NCBI RefSeq assembly: GCF_030684315.1
Contig: NC_081396.1
Coordinates: 5,828,001-5,892,000, forward strand
Direction: 5' to 3'
Origin: Stegostoma tigrinum
Taxonomy: Eukaryota
Length of the DNA: 64,000 nt
In this document: positions 36,500 to 48,009 of the stretch, piece after piece
Numbering within the stretch: the first letter of the stretch is position 1
Layout: each line of letters opens with the position of its first letter
Notes under the pieces: generated by a model
Seen by the model: only the letters and a program-made list of their open reading frames with translations
Told to the model about the DNA's origin: nothing
The model's database searches: none
Position numbers and translations under genes: made by a program

Positions 36500-37500
36500 A
36501 GTTGTCTCTTCCAAAGATAGCATCTCATCAACATATATACTCCAGTGATGGGCACTCCTGATCATCTGTCTTTTTTTTAAACCACCCCCACACGGTCTTG
36601 CAGTAAGATGTTATGCACTTGTTCGTTACTAGAACTGTGGTTGAAAGATAGTATTTGACTGTTGTACATGCTTTGGGAAACACCATTCTCATACAAAAAT
36701 TGCACTGGTGCGACAAAGCTGAACATTACTTCAGTTTACACAGTTTAATTAATTCATATCTGGAACAATGAGTTTGAGCATTAAAGGGCTTGAAGATATT
36801 TGAGCTGGTCTGTGTGATGGTTTTGGTATTTTTGCACCTTAGAAAGTTAACCAAGTCTGACAAACCTCTTGAACAGGGTTGGCTTTCTGTTCTCTTGTGC
36901 TGTTTGCTTATTCCGCCAATATCTGGACAGCCCTTTCGAATGTGAGATCTATTGACTGTAATATCTAAGAAAGAAACTGATAAGAAATTCCGAAGACAAT
37001 TCTGTTTCAAATTTGTTCTCACTGCATTTTTCCATAATCTCAAAATTCTTACAACCTATAAGGATGATTAATAAAGTTGTCAACAGATGGTTCTAGAAGC
37101 TAACTTCTTCTATCATATATTGCTATTATGCATTTGGTGCTTTGTCAAATGCTCTGACAATGTTATCAAAACTACCTGTCACTTCTTTTGAATTCTGTTG
37201 TTTTAAGATATGATCTGCTACTAGATTCGCCAAGTTAAGAAACGTGTTCGCTTGTTCTTCTCTGGGCTTCTTCTGCAATCTAGAACCAATTCTGTACCAA
37301 ATAAATTGTCTCTTCCACATAATCCAGTTTAATTATGTGTCTATGGTATTTGTGATTTTAAATCTGCTTGGAACTGTGAGATCTTTCTCAACTGTCCTCA
37401 TATTTAACTGCTGTGACTCCTCGGACTTCAATAATTTACTTGAAGGCAGTTGTGGGATTTTGTTTCAGTTTGTGGATGCAGTTGGCTTAGCTGTCCAGGG
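36500..37500 (-). mobile_element. Possible very old RTE-clade LINE RT fossil
   Basis: Faint motifs PREEQA..ADHI..RAFDK and IRKGC..KNTK resemble RTE REEQAGFR..DQI..KAFD and GVRQGC..KTK, in the expected order. Confidence 0.3.
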
Positions 37501-37536
37501 TTGAGATAACTGAGCCTCTCATGTTAGTTCAGCATC

Positions 37537-38637
37537 TTAGGTACTAATTTCCTTGTACAACAGATGGGGCTGCAGTTCCTCGGAGCTTTGAACGCAGTTC
37601 CCGCTGTCTGGGCTCTTCGTAGGCCTCTCGATGGCGTGAATTTGCCGGTGTCTCAATAGGTGGGATGAAGTAGTGAATCCCTTCCCACACTGGGAACAGC
37701 TGAAAGGTCGCTCCCCCGTGTGAACCCGCTGGTGTCTCAGTAGGTGCGATGAAGTCGTGAAGCCCTTCCCACACTGGGAGCAGGTGAATGGCCTCTCTCC
37801 GGTATGAACCCGCCGGTGTCTCAGTAAGTGGAATGAGCTGGTGAATCCCTTCCCACATTCCGTGCAGGTGAACGGTCTCTCCCCAGTGTGAATTCGCTGG
37901 TGCCTCAGCAGAGTGGAAGACTGGGTGAATCCTTTACCGCACTCGGAGCAGGTGAACGGCCTCTCCCCGGTGTGAACCTGCTGGTGCCTAAGCAAATGGC
38001 ATGAATCGATGAATCCCTTCCCGCACTCTGAGCAGGTGAACGGCCTCTCACCGGTGTGGATGCGCTGGTGCACGACAAGACTGTCAGAGTGCCGGAACCG
38101 CTTCCCGCAGTCGGCGCAGCTGAACGGCTTCTCCTCAGTGTGAATCCGCTGGTGGATCAGCAGGCTGGATGGGAACCTGAAGCTCATCTCGCAGGAGACA
38201 CAGCTGAAGGGCTTCTCCTCAGTGTGAACCCGTTGGTGCGTTAACAGGTTGGATGAATAAATGAAGCCTTTCCCACACACGGAGCAGATGAAGGGCCTCT
38301 CCCCTGTGTGAGCACGCTGGTGTAATTCTAGGTTGGATGACTGAGTGAATCCTTTCCCACACACAGAGCAGGTGAAGGGTCTCTCTCCGGTGTGAGTGCG
38401 TCGATGAATTTCCAGCTTGGACGGGCATGGGAATGTCTTCTCGCAGTCCCCACATTTCCATGGTTTCTCCATGGTAAGGATATCTTTACTTGTTTCAAGT
38501 TGTCGAAGCCTCGTCCACAGACAGGACGCAAGTGCGCTTCCCCCGCTGTGAACAGTGTGAATTATATTCGGGCTGTGTAACTGGTTAAGTCTCTTTCCAC
38601 AGTCAGTGCACTGAAACACGATCACTTTGCTGTGCAT
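37537..38637 (-). CDS. C2H2 zinc-finger protein, 10 intact fingers
   Basis: ORF 37537-38691. First ATG at 38637; alternative family-type start MEKPWKC at 38472. Acceptor atttacag, exon starting at 38812. Confidence 0.88.
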   Translation of the reverse strand: MHSKVIVFQCTDCGKRLNQLHSPNIIHTVHSGGSALASCLWTRLRQLETSKDILTMEKPWKCGDCEKTFPCPSKLEIHRRTHTGERPFTCSVCGKGFTQSSNLELHQRAHTGERPFICSVCGKGFIYSSNLLTHQRVHTEEKPFSCVSCEMSFRFPSSLLIHQRIHTEEKPFSCADCGKRFRHSDSLVVHQRIHTGERPFTCSECGKGFIDSCHLLRHQQVHTGERPFTCSECGKGFTQSSTLLRHQRIHTGERPFTCTECGKGFTSSFHLLRHRRVHTGERPFTCSQCGKGFTTSSHLLRHQRVHTGERPFSCSQCGKGFTTSSHLLRHRQIHAIERPTKSPDSGNCVQSSEELQPHLLYKEIST

Positions 38638-39109
38638 GTGTCTCGGTGCTTTTCCAGTAACACTGACGTTTCCTACAGACAGAACAGACAAACATTTTTT
38701 CCTCCATATTCAAAGGCTGGTGATATTCCATGCTAATGATTTGAATCACTGTCAAATCTTAACATGATGTTTACTTTAAGTTACCCTTCTGCAATCCTCC
38801 CCTTGTAATTTCCTGTAAATAGAGACTGTAACTGTAGGGGAGAAATTCAGAACAGACAATTCCAGTCTCTAAGGAACATTCTTTTCTCTCCTGCTCCCCA
38901 AATCTGTAATTCCCTGTCCCAAACACTCTCCTCTTCTCCAGGCTGAAATCCAAATACAGTGCACCGTCTCTTTCTTCAGTCCCAGTTTTGCTCCTTTCTC
39001 TGCTGGGTTCACTTCACCCACCACATCAATGTCAATGAGTCAATCATTTTCTCTCCTGGTCATGGAAGCCTGGAGCCTTTTTGTTGGGTCATTGCAGTGC
39101 TTCACATAC

Positions 39110-40200
39110 AGTGGGCAACAAGGAAGGTAAATGGAATTTTGGCATCTATTGCTAAACAGTGGAGTATAAAAGTAGGGAAGTGTTGTTGCAACTGTACAAG
39201 ACATTAGTGAGACAGCACCTGGAGTATCGCATACAATGTTAGTCCCTTAACTTGAGGAGGGATGTAGCTGTATTTGAGGAAGTTCACTATGATTCCAAAC
39301 ACAGGGGGTTTGTCTTCTGAAGTCAGATTAAGCAGTTTAGGCCAATACTCTCAGGAGTTTAGAAGAATGAGGGGAGACCTAACTGAAGCACATACGATGC
39401 TAAAGGAGATTGCAAAGTGAATGTGGCGTGGATGTTTCATCATGTGGGGGCAATTCAGAGTGAGACATTGCAGATTTAGAGAAAGGGTTTTCAGACTTAA
39501 AATACAGCCAGTCAGCACAGAAACAGACCCTTCAGTCCAATGAGTCCATGACAACCATGTTCCCAAACTAAACTAGTCCCACCTGCCTGCATCCCTCCAA
39601 ATATTTCTTATTCATGTTCTTATCCAAATGTATTTCCAACACTGTAATTGTACCCGCATCCACCAATTCCACACATGAACCAATTTCAATGTAAAAATGT
39701 TATCCCTCATTCCTTTGTAAATCCCTTTCCTCTCACCTTAAAAATATCTCCCCAGTCTTGAAATCCCCCACCCTAGGGAACAGACACCTGCCATTTGCCC
39801 TATCTATCCTCATGATATTACACCTCTGCAAGGTCACCCCTCATCTCCCTACATTCCAGTGAACGAAGTTCCAGCCTATCCAGCCTCTCATTATAACTCA
39901 AACCTTCCATTCCCACCAATATCCTAGAAAATCTTTTCTGAACACTCTCCAGCTTAATAATATCCTTCCCATAACAGGGTGACAAGAACTGGACACAGTA
40001 CTCCAGAAGAGGCCTCACTAACATCCAGTACAACCTCAACATGATGGTCTAACTTCTGTCCTCAAAAGAGTGAGCACCGAAGGCAAGCATGCTGAACATC
40101 TTCTTAACCACTTTCTCTACATGGGAGGCAAACTTCAAAGAATTAAGTACCTGAATCACTAAGCACTACCTGAAGACCTACCATTATTTGTTTGTTTTGC
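39110..40200. mobile_element. CR1 fragments (+ 39110-39500, - 39510-40200)
   Basis: ORF 39818-40042 LVRPLLEYCVQFLSP..MRGDLAEV. Confidence 0.75.
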
Positions 40201-40261
40201 TGAATGGGTGGTGAATCTGCGGAATTCATTCCTGCAGGATGCCAGGACATTGAGTAAATTC

Positions 40262-40597
40262 CAGGCACAGTAGCTCAGTGGTTAGCACCACTGCCTCACA
40301 GCAACAGGGACCCGGGTGCGATTACAAACCCGGGCAACCGTCTCTGTGGAGTTTGCACAATCTCCCCATATCTGCGTGGGTTGCCTCCGAGTGCTCCAGT
40401 TCCCTCCCACAGCCCAAAGTTATGCAGGTTAAAGTAAACTGGCCATGCTAAACAGCCCCATAGCGTCCAGGGATAGACAGACTAGGTGGATTAGCCACAG
40501 GAAATGCAACATTACAGGGATCGGGGTGGGATGCTGTTGGGAGGGTCAGGGTGGACTCAAGGGCCAAACAGCCTGCTTCTGCACTGTAAGGATTCTA
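40262..40597 (+). mobile_element. HE1-like V-SINE
   Basis: ggcacagtagctcagtggttagc..V-domain..cactgtaaggattcta. Confidence 0.8.
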
Positions 40598-40759
40598 CGA
40601 GGTGGAGGATAGATTTTTCCATCAGCAACGGGTTGAATTGTTTGTGGAGAGCGGGCAGGAAAGCGGAGGTTAAGGCTGAGATGAGTTGAGCCATGATACT
40701 ATTGAATGATGGAGCAGGCTCAAGGGGCTGAATGATCTTCTCTTGTTCTTTACGTCATC

Positions 40760-41200
40760 CCTAGACTGTGGCGCATGCGCAGTAATCCCCACTCGCTTCC
40801 CCCTCCAACCCGCCGCCGCGCGCTGGAACAAGATGGCGACGGTAACCCCCGGGACGGGGTTTCACAAAAAATCTTCGGAGAGATAAAAGCGAGAACCGCG
40901 GATTTGATATTCGGCATTTGAAACCTGCACCGGGTATTAACGGACCCTCCCCGCTGCGGTCCGGCCCGTTATTCGGCGCCGCTCTGCCGCCGCCGCCGCC
41001 ACTCACCAGCCGCAGAGACACAAACAAACGACTCGCCATCGCCATTACCCGACCTGCGCATGCCCGACACACACCCCGGATACTGCGCGTGCGCACAGTT
41101 CCGCGCGGAGGGCATAAAGGCCTTTCCTTGCCGTGATGCATGCTGGGTTAAAGGACCGCCATTTCACATTCCCGGACCACGTTCTACTGTTTCGTTCGTC
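40760..41200. promoter_or_regulatory. CpG island promoter/first exon, probably of the 37.5-38.6 kb ZNF
   Basis: GCGCATGCGC (NRF1) at ~40771, AAGATGGCG (YY1) at ~40830, further TGCGCATG and TGCGCGTGCGCA sites. Minus-strand donor CTG|GTGAGT at 41007/41006. Confidence 0.72.
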
Positions 41201-41515
41201 TCTCTCTCCCCCTTTCTCTCTGTGGTGAAAACAAAGGGAAAGGCGGCTTCATGTCCGGAGTCTAACTTCCGCATTAGGTGTCTGGGAAGCTTTTCCTTCT
41301 TTTGTGGGGATAGTAAAAGATTAAACGAGGCGTTTAAAACCCCCAGCACAGCCTTCGGACAAAATGGGAGGCTGCAGCCTGCAGATTTTGTACGTTGAAT
41401 GTATATGTAATCAGTATCGCACACAATATCAGACACTTTACCTCGATGTATTTTAGGCATGTTCTAGTGCTTTAGGCACACAAAGCTATAAGCTTGAAGG
41501 ACAAGTTTAAAACGT

Positions 41516-41768
41516 GGTACCAAAACTGAAATTGCTAGAGAAACTCAGCGGGTCTGACAGCATCTGTGGAGAGAAAACGGTGTTAACATTTCTGGTCCAG
41601 TGATCCTTCTTCAGAACTGGTGAGTTAGGCAGCTCCGTATTAAAATATATAAACTCAGAACTTCACCTGAAACATTAACTCTAACTTATCGTTACAAATA
41701 CAGCAGAGTTTCTCCAGTAATGTCTGTTTTTATTTCATATCTCCAGCATTCACAGTTCGTTTTTTTTA
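41516..41768. mobile_element. Palindromic Penelope-derived insertion (family B) with a degenerate minus-strand hammerhead (~41582-41618)
   Basis: TSD AAGTTTAAAACGT at 41503-41515 and 41769-41781. Minus strand reads agtt-CTGAAGA-..-GAAA-TGTT-aac. Confidence 0.75.
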
Positions 41769-42186
41769 AAGTTTAAAACGTTGTTTGGACGTATTACTCT
41801 ACATTTGTAAAATAAACTGGTAAATCATTGGTTTAGCTGCAGTTAGAATATTGCTCCAGGTTTATGCTATCTTACACCAGGAAGGAAGTCAAAGTAAACG
41901 GGATGGTGAAGGAATGACTCACTGAGAAGCTCAAGAAGTTCCAGCACAAAGGAAATTATTCAGTTCATTGTGCCTTTGCCTGGTCTCATCTCTCAAAATA
42001 ACTGCACATAAATGCATAAATTTAGTGACTAAGGTTAGAAATTACAAGCATAAATAGCCTCTTGAGAATATGGCTATCTGCAGCAACAGCAAAATGCTTA
42101 ATGTGAAGACAGGATAATAAATATTCTCAGATACAACATGTTCAGAAAACAAAGGAGATGGATGGCAGTGCTGATTATAGCAGATG

Positions 42187-42314
42187 CTCTGATGAAGGGT
42201 CCAGGCCCGAAACGTCAGCTTTTGTTCTCCTGAGATGCTGCTTGGCCTGCTGTGTTCATCCAGCTCCACGCTTTGTTATCTTGGATTCTCCAGCATCTGC
42301 AGTTCCCATTATCA
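42187..42314 (+). mobile_element. 128-bp Penelope terminus-only insertion containing an intact hammerhead motif (42189-42218)
   Basis: TSD CTGATTA(T/C)AGCAGATG at 42171-42186 and 42315-42330. Motif CTGATGAAGGGTCCAGGCCCGAAACGTCAG. Confidence 0.85.
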
Positions 42315-42384
42315 CTGATTACAGCAGATGTTGTCTTGTCTTGTAAAGAGAATTTTATTGAAGGTGCAAGGACAGAATTGGTTT

Positions 42385-42960
42385 AGAACATACAGAACAT
42401 TGGACAGTACAGCACAGGAATGGTCCTTTGGCCTACAATGTTGTGCCAAACATGACACCAGATTAAACTAATCCCTTCTACCTGCCTTTGGTCCATATCC
42501 CTCCATTCCTTGCATATCCATGTGCTTATCTAAAAGTCCCTTAAATGCCCCTATCGTATCTGCCTTCAACACTCGTCCTGGCAGTGCATTTTCAGCCTCC
42601 TACCATTCTCTGTGTAAAAAAAAAACTTGTCCCTCACATCTCCTTTGAACTTTGCCCATCTCACCTTAAATGCATGCCCCATAATATTAGCTATTTCCAC
42701 TCTGGCAAAAAGGCTCTGACTATCAACCCTGTCTATGTATCTCAGAATTTTATAGGCACTTGTCAAGTCTCCCCTCAGCCTCCGTTGCTCCAGAAAAAAA
42801 AGTTTTTCTAGGCTCTCTTTATAGCTCGTACCTTCTAATTCAGACAGCATCCTGGTAAACCTCTTCTGCACCCGCTCCAAAGCCTCCACATCTTTTCTGT
42901 AATGTTGGTGACCAGAATTGAATGCATTCTGCAAGTGTGGCCGAACCAAAGTTCAAGCTC
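42385..42960 (-). mobile_element. CR1 3' fragment
   Basis: ORF 42566-42949 RKDVEALERVQKRFTRML..LEQRRLRGDL. Confidence 0.88.
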
Positions 42961-43069
42961 AGAATTAAGAAAATTCTGTTAAAAAGCAATGGATAGTTTA
43001 CAATGATTAGAGAGAAAGAGATATAGTGGAGCAAATCAGCAGGAAGGTCACAGTAAGTGTATGAACTAG

Positions 43070-44460
43070 AGGATGGTGATATTCTGTTGCCAACCTACCA
43101 TTTCTGTAAGATGAGGTACTTGCAGTACTTTTGTTGACATGTGAAGAGCCCTATCTGTAAGAGGCAGGTTCTGCCACACGTGAAATGAATTCCAGGTGTC
43201 AATGTACGTTGTTGTTGTTTTCAGTGTTGCTGCCTGTTCACTGTAGCTACTGACCGCCATGGAGACACTCCACAGGTGATGTCAAGTTGCTATCTTCCTC
43301 TGTTGTGAGTCAGTGTTTCCCACGTGTGAAAGTCAATATTTTGGACTTCCACGTCAGGCTTGCAAGCATGCTTACGGCAGGCTTTTAAGACATCCTGCTG
43401 ATCCTCCGGCATCCCACAAGGAAAATCCTCAGAACGTGACCATGTTCCATCCTGCAAACAGGCTCAATGCTTGAGCGAGAGCAGTCGCCATTGCCTGATG
43501 AGGATCCACAATTGGAGAGTCAGCCTGACATGGTCGCAGCTTTCTCTGCATTTCAATGGTATCAGAGATGAAAGATGTGACACCCTGCCCCACAGCCGAG
43601 CTTCCTGATGTTTACAGCAAAGAAAACCATGTTACAGACACAGGGAAAACAATCCATGAGTCTTTGGAACAGGAGGGGTCATTAAGATGGAGGAAATGGC
43701 CTAGTGGTATTATCGCTGGACTGTTAATCCAGACACCCAGACAACAATCTGGGGGACCCAAGTTCAAAATTCCACCACTGCAGATGGTGGAATTCGATTT
43801 CAATAAAATATCTGGAATTAAGAATCTAATGACCACGAATCCATTACAGGTTGTCAGAAAATTGCACAAGGTTCACTAATGTCCTTTCGAGAAGGAAACT
43901 GTCATCCTTACCTGGTCTGGCCTACCATGTGGCTCCAGACCCACAGCAATACCAATGCAGTTGATTCTGAACTGCCCCCAGGCAATTTAGGATGGGCCGT
44001 AAATGCTGCCTAGCCAGCGATGCCTTCATCGCATTCATGAATCAAGGATTAAAATCCTGCCCTGTTCGCTCAAAGATGAGTGGTCTGAAATTCAGTTACA
44101 TCAAAACCCACAACAAAAACAATGACCCTTTGCAAACATCCGTCTCGAATAGAAGGAGGTGATGAAGTTGTAGCAGTGGCTGGGAGTTTCGATGCATGTG
44201 CAGTTTGGCTGGAACGAATGACCTCAGCGACTGCTAACCTTTGTCAATACCAGCGTCGATTGATGAAGGTTTTATTGATGTGCCTGTAAAATATTTTGCT
44301 GTTCTGTTTCTTGTTCCTCAATAATATAACTTCATAATGGAGACACTACCGTGACAGAATGTGCAAGAACTGTCAGGAAGGGTTCATCAACTAATTGGAG
44401 TTGTTTGTTGATGGTACCTTTCAGACACTGAGTTGTAGACTTTACACCAAAGGTCAATGT
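43070..44460 (-). mobile_element. Old RTE-clade LINE 3' region interrupted by a SacSINE-like SINE (+, ~43690-44045)
   Basis: Minus strand reads ..KHACKPDVEVQNIDFHTWETLTHNR.. and ..CGRTCLLQIGLF.., resembling the RTE C-terminus (KDxCKxD..ID..WExLA.DR; CGRxCxSRIGL). Right boundary uncertain. Confidence 0.55.
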
Positions 44461-44714
44461 TAGATTGAAGTAAAAGTTCGAAAATTTATTGAGTTCTGGT
44501 TGAGATCTCTTGAATTAAAGGGAAGGATTGAATATGGCACTTTTCAAAGAGAAAAAGGAGGGAAACTGCAACCTTGAAAATCAGTGATATGTCCAGAAAA
44601 TTAAATTCCAACCTGTTAGAGGGTTGTTAACTTCAGAAGAAACAACCTAATATTGTCAGACTCCCAATCCTGGATGTGATTAACTGTATTAGTAACAGCA
44701 GAACACATCTCCTG

Positions 44715-45821
44715 CAGTCATTTATGAGCTTGCTTATGCGCCAGTAGGTTGAAGGGCCTGGTGAATCCTTTCCCACACGCACAGCAGGTGAATGGTCTCT
44801 CTCTGGTGTGAACTCGCTTGGTGAACAAGGAGAGTGGATGAACATCTGAAACTCTTATCACAGTAAGTGCAGCTGGAAGGCTTCTCCTTAGTGTGAATTA
44901 GTTGGTATGACTTGAGAGCGGATGAAAGTGTGAATCTCGTTCCACACACGGAGCAGGCAAATGGTTTCTCCCGTGTGTGAATTCACCGGTGAACCATAAG
45001 ATCGTGCAACTTTGTGATGGTCTTCCCACATATAGGACAGGTCAGCAGCCCCTCCCCAGTGTTCGCTGAGGCCGTGCAAATGCTTGAACCTCCGTCCGCA
45101 GTGAGTGCAGCTGAATGGCTTCTCCTCGGAGTGGATCCGCTGGTGAGTCACCAGATTGGATGACTTTGTGAATCCCTTCCCACACATGGAGCAGGTGACA
45201 GGCCTCTCCCCAGTGTGAACCCGCCAGTGTTGATTCAGGTCGGACAAAGACCTGATCGTCTTTCCACAGTGAGTGCAGCTGAACGGCCTCTCCTCGCTGT
45301 GTATTCACTGGTGTAACATGATGGAGGATGTCTGAGTACATCCTTTCCTGCACACATAACAGGTGCATGGCTTCTCCCTGGTGTGTCTTTGTTGATGGAT
45401 TCCCAACTGAGATGTGTGATTAAATCCTTTCCCACAAATCAAACGTTTCCATGGTTTCTCCATGGTGTGGGTGTCCTTGTGGTTCTCAGGGGTTGGACCT
45501 CATCCATACACAAAACACACTGATAACATCCCACCCCGTACCGTGAATGTTTTGATGTTTCCCAGTTTGTGGAACTGGTTGCAGCTCTCTCCACTGTAGG
45601 TTCACCAGAACAATCTGACTTGGGTGCACACATCCGTCATTACTTTTCCAGTCTTGCTGAATATTCAATACCTTGTTTCAGAGACAGAACAGAGAAACAG
45701 TTCACTTTCCACAGTCAGAAGCTGATGATATACAGGTTCTGATGAACTGAGTGATTCTGTTAGATCCTGATGCGATGTTTGGTTTGAGTCTCCCATCTGA
45801 AAATCCTTCGCTTCTAAACAC
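44715..45821 (-). pseudogene. C2H2 zinc-finger pseudogene
   Basis: Finger fragments spread over several frames ([20 protein letters not shown]; [12 protein letters not shown]) with frameshifts and stops. Family leader exon starts at 45821. Confidence 0.85.
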
Positions 45822-46795
45822 CTGCAAAAGGACAAAAGTCATTGCAGTCAATACAGGATTGAAATTCAGGCCATTCCAGTTTCTACAGGACATTTCTTTC
45901 CTTCCTCCTATCGTTTCCCCCAAAATCTGTAAATCCCTGTCCCGCACAACACACGGTCCCTTCACCCTGGTCCAAAATCCAAACACACCTCTCCACTTCT
46001 TTCCTCCACTTTCAGTCCCGAGTATGCTCAGAGCACAGCCGGTCGTCAACAGACCAGTGTACATGTGCAATACCATCCTGTCTTTGCAGGTGTAAGCATG
46101 GACCGTATACAATGTCAGCTATCCCCTCCACAGTCATTTGTCTGTCACCTCTACAGCCAGCAAGGATGGAACCAGTAACTGGCCCAGGACAGGTTTTGCA
46201 ACACCTTGAGGAGCCTCGGACACTGATTCAGGATCGTTAGCTGTCTGGTGCAAAGCTGGGGATTTCTCCCTTCCTTCCCTCCCTCCCTCCCTCTGTTCTG
46301 TACTCGGTTGTCCAGTGGGAATGGGGTTGAGTGACCAGGTGGATCTAAGAGACAACATAAACTCTGAGAAAATGAGAGGGGAAAGAGGAAAGAAACTAGA
46401 GAAACATGCACATTTCAAGGCCTGGACAAATAGGAAGTTTAAAGGAGATTTGGCCCAGTGGGTTTGGGAAAGGGAGGGAGGCAGAACAGACAGCTGATTG
46501 GTTGCCTGAATCATGAGGGATAAAGAAGCCTGTACGACCCTCCTTCGTGAGCACACATTGGAAGCCAGGAGGAGGCGACATGAAAGAAAGAGGCACAACT
46601 TCGAAACAAGTTAACTCATGATAAAGAAATTAAAGGCTTGACATGCATCTCTTTAAAATGTTTGAAATTATTTATTTTGACTTTTATCCAGAATATTACT
46701 AAACTCCAGTTCAGTTTTTGGAATTAACATCAGCAGAAACAAACCACGGTGATAATGTTTCCAGTCCTGGATGTGATTAATCCGATCACAGTGGT

Positions 46796-47497
46796 TTACT
46801 TGTGAACCCGCTGGTGTCTCAGCAGGGTGGATGAGTGAGCGAACCCCTTCTTACACACGGAGCAGGTGAATGGCCTCTCCCCGGTGTGAACTCGCTGGTG
46901 TTCCAGCTGGTTGGATAAGGTAGTGAACCCCTTCCCACACACCGAGCAGGTGAACGGCCTCTCCCCGGTGTGGATGCGCTGGTGGGTCAGCAGGTTCGCC
47001 AGCTGGGTGAATCCTTTCCCACAGTCAGGGCAGGTGAAGGGCTTCTCCCCGGTATGAACCCGCTGGTGGACAGTGAGGTCAGATAACTGCTTGAACCCGG
47101 TCCCGCAGTCGGAGCATCGGAACGGCCTCTCATCGGTGTGGATGCGCTCATGTCGCATCAGCTCCCCGGCACTTTTGAAGCACTTGGCACAGTCCGGGCA
47201 TTTAAAAGGCCTCTCGTCAGAGTGAACCCGCTGGTGCGCCAACAGGTTGCACGACAGGGTGAATCCCTTCCCGCACTCAGAGCAGGTGAATGGTTTCTCC
47301 CCGGTGTGACTGCGCCGATGAGATTCCAGCTCAACTGGATAATTGAATCCTTTCCCGCAGTCCCCACATTTCCACGGTTTCTCACCGGTGTGGCAGAGCT
47401 TGTGTCGCGATAGGGCAGATGATCGGCCGAAGTCTCGCCCGCACACAGAGCAGGTGAACAGTTTCTCCCCGCTGTGAACAGTGCTTTCCCCTTCCAT
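46796..47497 (-). CDS. C2H2 zinc-finger protein, 8 fingers
   Basis: ORF from ATG 47497 (MEGESTVH..) to ..[12 protein letters not shown]. Acceptor tttcgcag, exon starting at 47605, with an in-frame upstream TAA. Confidence 0.9.
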   Translation of the reverse strand: MEGESTVHSGEKLFTCSVCGRDFGRSSALSRHKLCHTGEKPWKCGDCGKGFNYPVELESHRRSHTGEKPFTCSECGKGFTLSCNLLAHQRVHSDERPFKCPDCAKCFKSAGELMRHERIHTDERPFRCSDCGTGFKQLSDLTVHQRVHTGEKPFTCPDCGKGFTQLANLLTHQRIHTGERPFTCSVCGKGFTTLSNQLEHQRVHTGERPFTCSVCKKGFAHSSTLLRHQRVHK

Positions 47498-48009
47498 GCT
47501 CAAGATCCAACGTTGTTCAATTTACGAAAAGTTGGCGGCTAAGTCAGGCACAAATGTGATGTATGGTTCAGGTCTCCCAGCTGCAAATCCTCTCCTTCTA
47601 ACACCCTGCGAAATTGAGTTAAAACAGAAAGAAAGGAAGCAGAAAGAGCCCATGAAAAAACACAAAGACAGGCTGTGAAGTTGAGCTAAACGAATCTGGT
47701 CATCTGTGGGAATGACATGAGGATAAAGCAGCCATGGGAAGATGCTGAACTACTATAAAAACTCAACTAATGGTCATCAGGGATGCGAACTTGTCACCCA
47801 GTCTGGAATTATGCCAGATTCTGGTTTCGCTGGGAGGGCAGACAGAAGGTGGAAGCATCAGAGGGTGCTTAACAAAACAGGATTTTACACATCCACACCT
47901 CAAACCATTACTAGCAGAATCTCCCAAACCCTCAAACTCCACCAACAAGAAGAATCAGGGCAGCAGGCGTACGTGAGCATCATCACCTCTGAAGATTCAC
48001 TTGGCTCGT

